NCBI GenBank assembly: GCA_044359815.1
Contig: JBIKLL010000007.1
Location: 1 to 64,000 of the forward strand
Reading direction: 5' to 3'
Origin: Pseudobdellovibrionaceae bacterium
GTDB taxonomy: Bacteria > Bdellovibrionota > Bdellovibrionia > Bdellovibrionales > Bdellovibrionaceae
Length of the DNA: 64,000 nt
Shown: piece by piece, positions 9,159 to 19,860 of the stretch
Numbering within the stretch: position 1 is the first letter of the stretch
How the letters are laid out: every line of letters begins with the position of its first letter
The notes under the pieces: generated by a model
Seen by the model: only the letters and a program-made list of their open reading frames with translations
The model's database searches: none
Told to the model about the DNA's origin: nothing
Translations under genes and position numbers: made by a program

Positions 9159-10102
9159 TTACGATTCCTTAATAGGCTTGCGACCTTTTCGTTAAAAACT
9201 TGAACCTGAGGAGTTTCCTTTGCTGATTTTCGCATTTCCTCTAAGGTTCTCTTTTCTTCCTTTGTTAAATCATTTGGTGTGTCGACCATAATCCTGATCA
9301 ACATGTCGCCTGCACCAAAACCACCAGATTTTTGAAACCCTTTTCCTTTGATCCGCAAAATCTGACCTGAATGAGTACCTGGCGGAATCTTAACTGCAAT
9401 TTTGCCACTTAAAGTAGGGACTTCAAGGTTGCAGCCAAAAATAGCATCCAAATAAGAAACAGGCAGCTCCAGTATCACATCATCTTCTTCGCGCTTAAAG
9501 AGGTTGTGCTCAGCGATGTTTAAAATTACGTACAAATCGCCGTTCGGCCCACCGTTTAATGATCCATCACCTTCGCCAGTTAATTTTAACCTTTGACCAG
9601 GCTTTACACCTGAGGGGATTTTCACCATCAATTTGGCCTCGTCTTCTTTGCCAGTACGATTTCTTAAAAAATGGATCACTTTTTCAGATCCCATGGCAGC
9701 TTCTTCAAGCGTGATGGTCAGCGTGTACCTCAGATCAGCGCCCCTCTGTTTGCGGACAGGTCCTTTTTTTTGAAATACATCACCAAAAATATCGCCAAAT
9801 ATGTCCTGAAAATTCTCAGATCCACCGTAACTGCCAGAAAATCCACCAAATCCTGGTCCAGTTCCAGCAAACCCTTGATTAGCGCCGGCAAAGCCAAACT
9901 GGTCGTACATTTCTTTTTTCTTGGGATCACTCAGCGTTTCGTAGGCTTCTGTGATTTCTTTAAAAGTATCTTCGGCTTTTTTATTACCGGGATTTTTGTC
10001 AGGGTGATATTTCATCGCCAATTTACGATAAGATTTTTTAATCTCTTCAGCTGATGCCGTTCTGTCGATTCCTAGTAATGAATAGTAATCACGTTTAGAC
10101 AA
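9155..10102 (-). CDS. DnaJ-class co-chaperone without zinc finger (CbpA-like)
   Basis: J domain with HPD, G/F region, DnaJ C domain; no CxxCxGxG repeats. Confidence 0.92.
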   Translation of the reverse strand: MSKRDYYSLLGIDRTASAEEIKKSYRKLAMKYHPDKNPGNKKAEDTFKEITEAYETLSDPKKKEMYDQFGFAGANQGFAGTGPGFGGFSGSYGGSENFQDIFGDIFGDVFQKKGPVRKQRGADLRYTLTITLEEAAMGSEKVIHFLRNRTGKEDEAKLMVKIPSGVKPGQRLKLTGEGDGSLNGGPNGDLYVILNIAEHNLFKREEDDVILELPVSYLDAIFGCNLEVPTLSGKIAVKIPPGTHSGQILRIKGKGFQKSGGFGAGDMLIRIMVDTPNDLTKEEKRTLEEMRKSAKETPQVQVFNEKVASLLRNRK

Positions 10103-10111
10103 TGAGGTCTC

Positions 10112-10636
10112 CTAATTTACAGTAGGTGATTTTGCTATAATAACCTGGGCAGGGCGTATCAATTTATCATGCAATTTATAACCGTTACGAAGCACGCGTA
10201 AAACATGTCCATCAGTCATTGCTGCAGACTCTTCCGAGCCAAGGGCCTCATGCAAAGCTGGATCAAATGGCTTGTTTTCACAATCGATTTTTGTAATGCC
10301 AAATTTGTTTAAGGAATTTTTTAGTTCATTAGTGTTCAGCTCAACGCCTTTAAAAAAATCGTTCATGTTTTTCTCAGAAATTTTCAAAGAAAGTCCTCGT
10401 TCAAAATTATCCAGAACATTTAAAACCTCTTGTCCTAATCTTTCACATCCATATTTTAGCAAATCAGATCTTTCCTTTATTGAATTTCTGCGAAATGTAT
10501 CAAATTCTGCTCGTAAATATAAAAACTCTGCCCTGCTTTTTTCAAGCTGAGTCGTGATTTCTTGCAATTTTGAACTGTTGTTATCTGATTGAGATTCTTT
10601 TTCAGATGGATTGGTGCCGTTGTTATCTTCAGACAA
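10112..10636 (-). CDS. grpE: Nucleotide exchange factor GrpE
   Basis: AEFDTFRR, FDPALHEA, GYKLHDKLIRPAQV. Confidence 0.93.
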   Translation of the reverse strand: MSEDNNGTNPSEKESQSDNNSSKLQEITTQLEKSRAEFLYLRAEFDTFRRNSIKERSDLLKYGCERLGQEVLNVLDNFERGLSLKISEKNMNDFFKGVELNTNELKNSLNKFGITKIDCENKPFDPALHEALGSEESAAMTDGHVLRVLRNGYKLHDKLIRPAQVIIAKSPTVN

Positions 10637-10690
10637 ATTAACCTCCTAAAAGCAAACTAATCTAACGAATACCTTGGGGATTCACAAGGA

Positions 10691-11848
10691 TTAGTCAAGG
10701 TTAGCGGTACTAAAAGTCAGCTTCTCGAACACTAAATTGCTTAAAAGAATTCCCTTGTCTGAAAGCCTGTATTGGCTGTTGTCCTCAGATTCTAATAATC
10801 CTTCTTGGCGCAATTGAGTCAGTACGGAATTAACACGTTTTTCCACATTGACGCCGTACTTTGCTGTTACCTGCGTTAAACTCAGTCCAGATTTTATTCT
10901 TAGGGCTGTATGGCAATAATCAGAAAGCGACTGGTCACTGTTTAAAATCTCTCTTTGGCTACTGGGCAATTCGTCCTTTGTGTCGACCCATTGACAATAA
11001 TCATTCAGAGATCTGGAATTCCAAAAACGTTCACCCCAAGGGCCTGTTTTAATATAAGAATGAGCGCTTAAGCCAACGCCCCAGTAGGGTTGATCTTGCC
11101 AATAAAGCATATTGTGGACAGATTCCATGCCGGGTTTAGCGAAATTAGAAATCTCATAATTTTTGTAACCCGCATCTGCCAAACGCTTCCATACGTGTTT
11201 AAACATGGACTCTTGCACTTCATCAGTGGGTTGCAATGCGTACAATGGATTATTGCTGGGTACGGTTAAGCAATAAAGACTGACGTGGCCTGGGTTAAAT
11301 AAAAGGATTTTCTGCAGGTCTTTATCAAGCTCAGAAACCGTTTGATCAGGCAGGGCAAACAACAAATCAAAGGAAATGCTGACCCCCAAGCTGTTTAACA
11401 AATTTAAAGTCTCAATTGTCTGAGCTGAATTATGTTTTCGGCCCAATTGCTTAAGCCTGCGATCATCAAAGGTTTGAGCTCCAACAGAGAATCGGTTAAC
11501 TCCCAGTTCAACCATTTTGATGACCTTTTGATCATCCAACGTAGCAGGATTGATTTCTAAAGTTATCTCGCAGTCAGACGAAAAGCCAAACCCAGCCTTC
11601 ACAAAGGCGTTTTTAATCTCTAGAATTTGATCTGGAGAAAGCAAACTGGGTGTTCCGCCACCAAAATAAAGTGAATCGACTTTTTTGTAAGGAATTTTTT
11701 TGGAACGGAATTCGATTTCAGAAAAAAGATATTCTAAATATTTTTGTTTCGAAAAAATTTTGCTTTCTTCAAAAGTGGCAAAGTCGCAGTAGATGCATCT
11801 TTGCAAGCAGTATGGGATATGTACATAGATACCAAATTTCTGATTCAT
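10691..11848 (-). CDS. hemW: Radical SAM heme chaperone HemW (HemN-like)
   Basis: YVHIPYCLQRCIYCDF, YFGGGTPS, YEISNFA, HN..YW. Confidence 0.88.
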   Translation of the reverse strand: MNQKFGIYVHIPYCLQRCIYCDFATFEESKIFSKQKYLEYLFSEIEFRSKKIPYKKVDSLYFGGGTPSLLSPDQILEIKNAFVKAGFGFSSDCEITLEINPATLDDQKVIKMVELGVNRFSVGAQTFDDRRLKQLGRKHNSAQTIETLNLLNSLGVSISFDLLFALPDQTVSELDKDLQKILLFNPGHVSLYCLTVPSNNPLYALQPTDEVQESMFKHVWKRLADAGYKNYEISNFAKPGMESVHNMLYWQDQPYWGVGLSAHSYIKTGPWGERFWNSRSLNDYCQWVDTKDELPSSQREILNSDQSLSDYCHTALRIKSGLSLTQVTAKYGVNVEKRVNSVLTQLRQEGLLESEDNSQYRLSDKGILLSNLVFEKLTFSTANLD

Positions 11849-11861
11849 AGGAGCTATATAG

Positions 11862-14456
11862 ATGAAGACCACTAAATTTCAACTGAAAAACAAACTCGAT
11901 GTTTATCTTATAGAAAGCCGTAAAAGTCCGGTGGTTTCAGTACAGATGTGGGTTAATACTGGCAGTGTCGACGAGAAAAAGGGTGAGGAAGGTATTTCAC
12001 ACTTCATCGAACATTTGGTTTTCAAAGGTACAAATGAATATCAGGTGGGCGAAATCGCAAATTCGGTAGAGTCTTCAGGTGGTGAGCTGAATGCCTTCAC
12101 TTCCTTTGATCAAACAGTTTTTTATGTGACCATATCGACTCATTTTAAAGAAGTCGCTCTAAAGGTCATTCGTGAAATGATGGGATATCCTAAATTTGAT
12201 GCGACCGAAATTAATAATGAACGGGAGGTCGTGGTCGAAGAAATAAAAAGGGGCAAAGACAGTCTGGGCCGAGTAGCCAGTCAGCATCTGTTTTCAACTG
12301 TGTTCAAAAATTCAAATTATGGTAAGCCCGTCATTGGCTACGAAAAAAATGTGCGTAGCTGGTCTGCTGAAAAAATTAAAAATTATTTTTCAAAAAGATA
12401 CTCGACACAAAACATGTTTTTAGTTGTTGCCGGTGATTTTGATCCAGCAGAAATGAAAAAACAAATCAAAGAAAACTTTGAGGGCATCAAAAGAACGCAT
12501 TTCGAAAAACGCAAAAAACAGTCAAAAGTGTCTCTGCCGAAAAAATCGACCTTTAGTATTGAAAACACAAAATTTGAACAATCAATTTGCTATTTAGCAT
12601 GGCGAACACCAACCATAACTCACAAGGATTTTCCTGCACTGCAATTGGTTTCAATGATGCTGGGATATGGTGACACTTCAAGATTGGTTCAGGAACTCAG
12701 AATGAAGGTGGCCTTGGTAAATTCCATCGGAAGCTCTGCCTATTACACCAAGGAAGACGGAATGTTTATCGTGCAGGCGGCTTATAACAAAGACAAGCTG
12801 TCACAGATTTTACCCAAGATTTCCGATGAAATTATCAAAATTAAAAATGAGGGATTTACTGAGCAGGAATTAGCTCGAGCCAAAGTAAATTTATTGTCTG
12901 ACGAAGCCTTCAGTCTTGAAAATGTTGAAGCACTGGCAAACAAGCTGGGATATGATTTGTCGATATGTAAAAAATCAGATTTTACTAAGAACTATTTGAA
13001 AAAAATCGCAAAAGTCACAGTGAAGGACCTCAGCGCTGTGATTAAAAAATATATTGATTTGCAAAAAATCACAGTCACGGTCAGTACCAACGACGACTTG
13101 GTTAAAACCGAACAGACTGTGAAAGAATGGATTTCTGAACTTAAGAACCCAACTGCAAAAACAAAGATCAAGCCTTCAAAAAAACTAAAGGTAAAAATTC
13201 CTAATTTTATTATTGGAAATAAAACTCAGGAAATTGAAACTGGAGTGCATCCTTTAGGTTTTAAATATGTCCTCAGGCATTCAGATGAATCCCCTGTGAT
13301 TTCTGCCAGGATTGCAATGTTGGGTGGTACCAGAGTCGAATCTGATCAAAGCTGTGGGACTCATGAGTTACTGGCCAGAACTTGGCTGGGTGGAACCAAA
13401 GATATGGATGAGTTTCAGTTAGCTTCCGAGATTGAATCCAATGCTATGAAGCTGATGCCCAATTCGGGTCGTAGCAGTTTAGGTTTAGCAGTCGAATGTT
13501 TGAAAACCTTCGAGCATGGAAGTGCGCAGCTGATGTCAGGAGTGTTATCGAAAAGTGTTTTCCCTCAAGAGATAATCGATCGCGAGAAAATGGTTCAATT
13601 GGAACACATTAAGGCTAAGGCTGATCAACCAGCTCAGATCAGTATTATGAATTTTTTAAAAACGCTTTTTCCAGGATCGTATCTGGGCCGAGACAGTCTG
13701 GGTTCAGCGGAGACTCTGGCAAAAATAAATCGACCGATGATCACGGATTTTCTGAACAAAGCTTTAAAGGCAGAAAACATTGTACTGAGCTTATCTGGAC
13801 CATTTAATCAAAAAATTTGGCTGGATGAATTAGCAAAAGAAATTTCGGGCTTTCAAAAGGGCTATCAGGAAATTTCTAAAACTCAGTTTACTGAAATCAA
13901 AAAAGACGAAAAAGTATTTGCTGAAAGCAAAAAAGAACAGACCCACCTGGTTTATGGATTTAAAGGTTTAAATATGTTTGATGAAGACAGATATGCCCTA
14001 CACATCATTCAGTCTGTTTTGGCCGGAATGGGCGGCAGATTGTTTTATGAACTGCGCGAAAAAAATTCGCTAGCGTATTCAGTCTCACCTCTGATGCTTG
14101 AGGGAATCGAGAACGGGTACTTTGCGGCTTACATTGGTTGTTCGCCTGACAAGACCGAAAAAGCCTTGCAAATGATGAAGGCTGAATTTGCAAAACTGGT
14201 GGAATCTGAAATCAGTCAGTCTGAACTGGACAGGGCAAAGCAGTATTTGATTGGAAGTTTTGATATAGATTTGCAGCGAAGCAGTGCCGTGGGATCAATT
14301 TTGCTGTATGATTTATTGTATGGTTTGGATCCAAAAAGAGCTTTGGATGTGACAGAAAAATACCAATCTATAACTGCATCTGATATCCGCCGTGTTGCTG
14401 AACGAATTCTGACTCAGAAAAGTTGTCTCAGCGTTGTTGGCCCAAACATGATATAA
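11862..14456 (+). CDS. M16 family zinc protease (two fused halves)
   Basis: HFIEH inverted zincin, NAFTSFD.T, RLFYELREKNSLAYSV. Confidence 0.92.
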   Translation: MKTTKFQLKNKLDVYLIESRKSPVVSVQMWVNTGSVDEKKGEEGISHFIEHLVFKGTNEYQVGEIANSVESSGGELNAFTSFDQTVFYVTISTHFKEVALKVIREMMGYPKFDATEINNEREVVVEEIKRGKDSLGRVASQHLFSTVFKNSNYGKPVIGYEKNVRSWSAEKIKNYFSKRYSTQNMFLVVAGDFDPAEMKKQIKENFEGIKRTHFEKRKKQSKVSLPKKSTFSIENTKFEQSICYLAWRTPTITHKDFPALQLVSMMLGYGDTSRLVQELRMKVALVNSIGSSAYYTKEDGMFIVQAAYNKDKLSQILPKISDEIIKIKNEGFTEQELARAKVNLLSDEAFSLENVEALANKLGYDLSICKKSDFTKNYLKKIAKVTVKDLSAVIKKYIDLQKITVTVSTNDDLVKTEQTVKEWISELKNPTAKTKIKPSKKLKVKIPNFIIGNKTQEIETGVHPLGFKYVLRHSDESPVISARIAMLGGTRVESDQSCGTHELLARTWLGGTKDMDEFQLASEIESNAMKLMPNSGRSSLGLAVECLKTFEHGSAQLMSGVLSKSVFPQEIIDREKMVQLEHIKAKADQPAQISIMNFLKTLFPGSYLGRDSLGSAETLAKINRPMITDFLNKALKAENIVLSLSGPFNQKIWLDELAKEISGFQKGYQEISKTQFTEIKKDEKVFAESKKEQTHLVYGFKGLNMFDEDRYALHIIQSVLAGMGGRLFYELREKNSLAYSVSPLMLEGIENGYFAAYIGCSPDKTEKALQMMKAEFAKLVESEISQSELDRAKQYLIGSFDIDLQRSSAVGSILLYDLLYGLDPKRALDVTEKYQSITASDIRRVAERILTQKSCLSVVGPNMI

Positions 14457-14563
14457 AAACATAGAAAAAGCTTATGTCTGCAATCAAAAAATAAATCGGG
14501 TCCAGAATTTGATAGGAAAGGTTTCATTTTGAGACAACGATGCTAACCTAGTCCTAGGAATTA

Positions 14564-14571
14564 TCCGATAA
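14564..14571 (+). promoter_or_regulatory. Putative sigma28/FliA-type -10 box
   Basis: TCCGATAA (consensus GCCGATAA) 7 nt before the ATG at 14579. Confidence 0.4.
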
Positions 14572-14578
14572 TACTATT

Positions 14579-15187
14579 ATGCAAAATGGCAATGACGGAT
14601 TTTCAGCTTCAAACTTATTTATTAGCCCCAAGGAATATTTTGGTGAGCTGATTACAGATGCTTTTGCCAAAAGAAACATTGAAACACAGCCGGCTGTAAA
14701 ATCCTATTTGGTAAATTTGCTTGAGTACTACGTTCCAGCAACTAATTTGAATGACCAATCACAAACCCTGGCTGAAATGTATCTGACGGCCAGTCAGCTG
14801 GAGCATTTTGAAAAAATTGAAAAACTAAAAAAACTTGCAGACAAGAGTCTATACATCAGTGGATTTTTTGGTGATTCGTTGAATCGTAAACTGGTGGATC
14901 TGGATTATTACGTTGAAATGGGTGAAACGGCTTATGCAGCGCTGGCGGCCACTGTCAGAGAAGATTTAAAAGCCCAGGTATTTAAAACCTTTGCTGTGCA
15001 GTTTTCAGACTTTGTTGATGTTTTGACTGTGGTCAGTCAACAATCTCTAATTCAAGGCGATGAGAGTGTGCTTAGATTGTATGAAAAATACCTCAGGACG
15101 GGTTCAGAACTTGCTAAAGAAAAGCTTATCGAAATAGGTGTTGTGACCGTGCCTTCAGACCAATTAAAGCGTTCAAAACAAGATTAA
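14579..15187 (+). CDS. Hypothetical protein
   Basis: Clean 202-aa ORF; no catalytic motif recognised. Confidence 0.75.
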   Translation: MQNGNDGFSASNLFISPKEYFGELITDAFAKRNIETQPAVKSYLVNLLEYYVPATNLNDQSQTLAEMYLTASQLEHFEKIEKLKKLADKSLYISGFFGDSLNRKLVDLDYYVEMGETAYAALAATVREDLKAQVFKTFAVQFSDFVDVLTVVSQQSLIQGDESVLRLYEKYLRTGSELAKEKLIEIGVVTVPSDQLKRSKQD

Positions 15188-15229
15188 TATTTTAATGACC
15201 CTTCTAAATTTGCCAGCTATATAAATTAT

Positions 15230-15457
15230 ATGTTCAATATAGGTTTTACCGAGATGATACTGATTGCTGTCGTGGCCCTGATTTTTATTGGACCAAAGCA
15301 GCTGCCTGAAGTTGCCAGAAATATCGCACGTTTTATTAATGAATTAAGAAGAAGCTCCGAAGCACTTAAAGGAAATTTAACCGACACAGTCTTTGATGAG
15401 GAAATTAAAAAACCCATCGCTGAACTGAAAGATAAAATTAAAAAAGATAATTCATGA
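15230..15457 (+). CDS. tatB: Twin-arginine translocase TatA/TatB subunit
   Basis: MFNIGFTEMILI..VALIFIGPKQLPEVAR; upstream of tatC. Confidence 0.85.
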   Translation: MFNIGFTEMILIAVVALIFIGPKQLPEVARNIARFINELRRSSEALKGNLTDTVFDEEIKKPIAELKDKIKKDNS

Positions 15458-16200
15458 GTAAAACTACAGAAGAATTGGAAGCCCAAGGACAATCGTTCAC
15501 CGAACATTTGATCGAACTGCGATCAAGATTGATCAGATCATTTTTTGCAATCTTTGTTGGTATGATAATTTGCTATAATTTTACCGAGAAAATATTTGAG
15601 GTCATTCGAGCTCCTATTGCGCCGTATTTGCCAACTCAGGGGCTGGTGTTCACTGCACCTGCTGATAAATTTATTGCCCATTTGAAGATAGCATTTTTTT
15701 CAGGAATCATTTTAACCTGTCCTTATTGGTTAATGCAGGTGTGGCTGTTTATAGCACCAGGCCTTTATACTAAAGAAAAAAAGTTCAGCCTGGGATTTGT
15801 ATTTAGCGGCACGTTTTTATTTTTGTTGGGAATTTGTTTCGCATATTTTCTGGCCTTTCCAGCAGCGTTTAAGTTTTTACTGGAATATGGAGGGGCTGTC
15901 GATAGTCCCATGATTACAATTAGTGAGTATTTGTCGTTTTTTCTGTGGACCAGCTTTTTCTTTGGGATTTCGTTTGAGCTGCCACTGATTTTAGTGTCTC
16001 TGTCACTGATAGGAATCGTTAATCAAAAGTTTCTTCGTGAAAAGCGCAGATATGCTATTGTTGGCTTATCCATTATTTCAGCAATTATCACTCCACCAGA
16101 TTTATTAAGCATGGTGATTTTGTTGATTCCCATGGTATTTTTATATGAAATTTCAATATTTCTTGTTGGGTTTTTTCAGAAGAAAACTGAGCTTTCCTAG
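15454..16200 (+). CDS. tatC: Twin-arginine translocase TatC
   Basis: EHLIELRSRL, FIAPGLY..EK, FELP, AIITPPD. Confidence 0.95.
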   Translation: MSKTTEELEAQGQSFTEHLIELRSRLIRSFFAIFVGMIICYNFTEKIFEVIRAPIAPYLPTQGLVFTAPADKFIAHLKIAFFSGIILTCPYWLMQVWLFIAPGLYTKEKKFSLGFVFSGTFLFLLGICFAYFLAFPAAFKFLLEYGGAVDSPMITISEYLSFFLWTSFFFGISFELPLILVSLSLIGIVNQKFLREKRRYAIVGLSIISAIITPPDLLSMVILLIPMVFLYEISIFLVGFFQKKTELS

Positions 16201-16251
16201 TATCCTGTTGCTGAATTCTCTAAAAATAAATTCAGCAACAGGATTCTAGGA
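16195..16251. terminator. 23-bp stem (1 mismatch) between convergent genes; includes the tatC stop codon
   Basis: 16195-16217 pairs with 16229-16251; 11-nt loop. Confidence 0.7.
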
Positions 16252-16262
16252 CAGTCATTAAA

Positions 16263-16784
16263 TCATTCAAATTTTATTAATAAAGCTCCAGATTCAACCG
16301 AGTCGCCTTGGCGAACACAGACTTCTTTGACCTTCACATCATGTGTGGCGCGCATTTCGTTTTCCATTTTCATAGCTTCCATAATCAGCAATGGTTTGTT
16401 GGCTTTAACGGTGTCACCGGCCTTAACAAAAATCTCGATTATTTTACCAGGCATCCCGCAACGAAGCTCTTTAGAAGCACCCAGGCCACCGCCACGTTTC
16501 AATGATTGATGTAATAACATTTCATCATTGAAAATCTGCACGGTCCTGAACGAATTTCTGGTAAACACTGTGTATTCGGTGTCCTGTCCAATCACATCAA
16601 CCAGATAAGAAACTCCGGAAAATAAAAAACTGAAATAGCTTTCTGATTTTTTATAATCTTCTTTGGCGATATCAAACGTCTGCCAAGGGCCGCCGCTTTT
16701 TTGGATTGAAATTTTCCAAGAATGCCGTTGTTCTGTGACGTCAACTTTATAGTGATTGTTGTTTAAATCAGCCTCAAAATACAT
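16263..16784 (-). CDS. Biotin carboxyl carrier subunit of an acyl-CoA carboxylase
   Basis: MPGKI...EAMKMENE biotinylation motif. Confidence 0.92.
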   Translation of the reverse strand: MYFEADLNNNHYKVDVTEQRHSWKISIQKSGGPWQTFDIAKEDYKKSESYFSFLFSGVSYLVDVIGQDTEYTVFTRNSFRTVQIFNDEMLLHQSLKRGGGLGASKELRCGMPGKIIEIFVKAGDTVKANKPLLIMEAMKMENEMRATHDVKVKEVCVRQGDSVESGALLIKFE

Positions 16785-16785
16785 A

Positions 16786-18288
16786 TCAAATCCTTAGCTG
16801 CATTTTGCGAGCAGCCCTTCGCCAGTTAGAAACTAAACTCCAATTTCGTACATCCTTGGACTTGCGCTCATTAAATGCTGTGATAGCTGCAGCCAGTAAG
16901 AAAACTTCTTCGGGAATACCTTTAAAAATTTCGGGTTCAATAACCTCAAAATTCTTTTCTAAAAACTGAGTCGTGTATGAACCATCGATAAATTTTGGAT
17001 GTTTCAAAACAGATCTGTGCAAACGAATATTTGATTTGATTCCAGACAAAATAAATTCTGAAAGGGCTCTCTCCATCCTTTGAATGGCTTCTTCTCGGGT
17101 TTCACCCCAAGTAATCACTTTGCAAATCATGGGGTCGTAATAAATCGGAACTTCATAACCAGGATAGGCATAGGAATCCACACGCACAAATGGTCCCTGT
17201 GGATGTCGGCAAGCTCGAATCAGTCCTGGGCTTGGTTTGTATGTGATGGGATCCTCTGCGCAGATCCGTGCTTCAATTGCATGGCCCGTTTGCTTGATTT
17301 CTGACTGAGTGAAAGACAGCTTTCTGCCCAGAGCCACATAAATTTGCTCTTTAACTAAATCAATTCCAGTTACCAATTCGGTGATCGGATGCTCGACCTG
17401 TAATCGAGTGTTCATCTCCATAAAATAAAATTCTTTAGTTTTATTGTCGAAAATAAATTCGATGGTGCCTGCGCCCACATAATTAATTTCTTTTGCTGCT
17501 CTAACAGCAGCGTCACCCATTTTGATTCGGACTTCTTCGGGAACAGATGGGCTTGGTGATTCCTCGATAATTTTCTGATGTCGTCTTTGGACTGAGCATT
17601 CACGTTCAAACAAATGCACGACATTGCCATGGGTATCGCCGAACACTTGAATCTCGATATGCTTTGGATCGTTAACAAACTTTTCAATGTAGACAGTGTC
17701 GTCAGCAAAATAATTTAAACCTTCTGACCGACAAGCTCTGAATGCGCTTTCCATTTCTGCTTCAGCGCGGACAACTCGCATCCCTTTGCCGCCCCCACCT
17801 GCAGAAGCTTTTATCATGACTGGAAATCCAATTTTTTTTGCAATTGCTACGGCGTCTTCTACTGATTCAACTGCACCATCACTGCCAGGAACTGTGGGAA
17901 CCTTGGCTTTTTTCATCAATGCTTTTGCAGAAAGTTTGTCACCCATAGATTCCATATTTTGCTCTGTGGGTCCGATAAAAGTAATTCCCGCTTTTACGCA
18001 GGCTTGTACAAAATTAACATTCTCAGATAAAAAACCATAACCAGGATGAATGGCATCGACCTTTGCGGCCAAAGCAACTTCAATAATCCGCTCGATATTT
18101 AAATAGGATTCTTTGCTGGGAGCCGGACCTATATTATAGGCTTCGTCGGCTAAAAACACATGTAAGCTGTCTCGGTCTGCATCGCTAAACACTGCGACCG
18201 AATCAATCCCCAGTTCACGGCAGGCTCGTGTGACCCGGATTGCAATTTCCCCTCTGTTTGCAATAAGAACTCTTTTAAACATCTTCAT
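16786..18288 (-). CDS. accC: Biotin carboxylase subunit
   Basis: IANRGEIA, HPGYGFLSEN, GGGGKGMR, EMNTRLQVEH. Confidence 0.93.
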   Translation of the reverse strand: MKMFKRVLIANRGEIAIRVTRACRELGIDSVAVFSDADRDSLHVFLADEAYNIGPAPSKESYLNIERIIEVALAAKVDAIHPGYGFLSENVNFVQACVKAGITFIGPTEQNMESMGDKLSAKALMKKAKVPTVPGSDGAVESVEDAVAIAKKIGFPVMIKASAGGGGKGMRVVRAEAEMESAFRACRSEGLNYFADDTVYIEKFVNDPKHIEIQVFGDTHGNVVHLFERECSVQRRHQKIIEESPSPSVPEEVRIKMGDAAVRAAKEINYVGAGTIEFIFDNKTKEFYFMEMNTRLQVEHPITELVTGIDLVKEQIYVALGRKLSFTQSEIKQTGHAIEARICAEDPITYKPSPGLIRACRHPQGPFVRVDSYAYPGYEVPIYYDPMICKVITWGETREEAIQRMERALSEFILSGIKSNIRLHRSVLKHPKFIDGSYTTQFLEKNFEVIEPEIFKGIPEEVFLLAAAITAFNERKSKDVRNWSLVSNWRRAARKMQLRI

Positions 18289-18290
18289 CC

Positions 18291-19850
18291 TTAAAGCGGT
18301 ATATTACCGTGTTTTTTTGGCGGATTAATATCTCTTTTATTTTTCAACATTTCTAAAGATTCAATCAAGCGCTTTCGAGTCAACGCAGGTTCAATGACTT
18401 CATCAGTAAGACCCAGCTCTGCAGATATGTAGGGACTGCTAAATTTATCTTCGTAGTCCTTGATCAGTCTGGCCCTTTCTTGCTCGGGGTTTTTAGCTTT
18501 ACTGATTTCTTCACGGAAGATCACGTTTACGGCACCCTCAGCACCCATCACAGCAATTTCAGCAGTGGGAAATGCCAGATTAATATCTGATCGTAACAAT
18601 TTTGAGCCCATAACGATGTAGGCACCACCATAAGCTTTACGCGTGATTAATGTGATCTTAGGAACTGTGGCCTCAGCATAAGCATACAGTAATTTAGCTC
18701 CATGAGTGATTAGCCCATTCCATTCTTGTTCAGTTCCTGGCAAAAATCCTGGCACATCTACAAATGAAACTACAGGTATGTTGAAGGCATCGCAGAACCT
18801 GATAAACCTTGCGGCTTTTCTGCTGGCTTCAATATTCAAACATCCAGCTAATACTTGCGGCTGATTGGCTACCACGCCTATGCTGCGTCCATTCAGTCTG
18901 GCAAAACCAACGATAATATTCTGAGCAAAATTTTTGTGAACCTCTAAAAAATAATGTTCATCAACCACTTCGTTGATCAATGCCAACATGTCGTAAGGCT
19001 TTTTAGGATTGTCAGGGATAAGCTTGTTTAAATCATCGCACAATCGGTCAGGTCGATCACGCGTTGGCAACATAGGTGGATCGTCCAAATTATTGGAAGG
19101 CAAAAATCCCATCAGCTCACGGATCATCAACAACGTGTGTTTATCGTCTTCGCATGCAAAATGTGCCACACCTGATTTTTGACTGTGGGTGATCGCACCA
19201 CCCAAAGCGTCTTTTGTGACTTCCTCGTGTGTCACAGCTTTGATAACTTCTGGACCGGTGACAAACATAAAACTGGTATTTTTGACCATAAAAATAAAAT
19301 CAGTGATGCTGGGTGAATACACAGCACCACCAGCGCAGGGACCCATGATCCCAGTGATCTGCGGGATAAGACCTGATGCCATGGTGTTTCGAACAAAAAT
19401 ATCTGCGTAGCCTGCCAGTGATTCAACTCCTTCTTGAATTCTGGCACCACCAGAATCATTTAATCCAATCAAAGGAGCACCATTTTTAATGGCCAGATCC
19501 ATTATTTTACAAATTTTATTGGCTTGGGTGCGTGACATAGATCCACCAAAAACAGTGAAATCCTGGCTGTAAACATAAACCAGTTTTCCGTTTACGCGGC
19601 CATAGCCAGTGATCACTCCGTCGCCTGGGATTCTGGAATCGCCCATATCAAAATTATTGCATCGATGAACTACGAACCTGTCGGTTTCTACAAAGCTTCC
19701 GGGGTCCAACAGGGTGTCGACTCTTTCCCGAGCTGTCATTCGGCCACCGGCTTTTTGCTTTTCTATTTTTTTAGCACCGCCACCGGTTAGAGCGACTTCA
19801 TTTCTGTGCTCCAGATCTTTCAGGCGATCGACAGTCGTTGTAGTCTCCAT
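18291..19850 (-). CDS. pccB: Acyl-CoA (propionyl-CoA-type) carboxylase carboxyltransferase subunit
   Basis: DSGGARIQEG, GPCAGGAVYSP, DVPGFLPG, KKHGNIPL. Confidence 0.92.
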   Translation of the reverse strand: METTTTVDRLKDLEHRNEVALTGGGAKKIEKQKAGGRMTARERVDTLLDPGSFVETDRFVVHRCNNFDMGDSRIPGDGVITGYGRVNGKLVYVYSQDFTVFGGSMSRTQANKICKIMDLAIKNGAPLIGLNDSGGARIQEGVESLAGYADIFVRNTMASGLIPQITGIMGPCAGGAVYSPSITDFIFMVKNTSFMFVTGPEVIKAVTHEEVTKDALGGAITHSQKSGVAHFACEDDKHTLLMIRELMGFLPSNNLDDPPMLPTRDRPDRLCDDLNKLIPDNPKKPYDMLALINEVVDEHYFLEVHKNFAQNIIVGFARLNGRSIGVVANQPQVLAGCLNIEASRKAARFIRFCDAFNIPVVSFVDVPGFLPGTEQEWNGLITHGAKLLYAYAEATVPKITLITRKAYGGAYIVMGSKLLRSDINLAFPTAEIAVMGAEGAVNVIFREEISKAKNPEQERARLIKDYEDKFSSPYISAELGLTDEVIEPALTRKRLIESLEMLKNKRDINPPKKHGNIPL

Positions 19851-19860
19851 TCAGTTCTCC

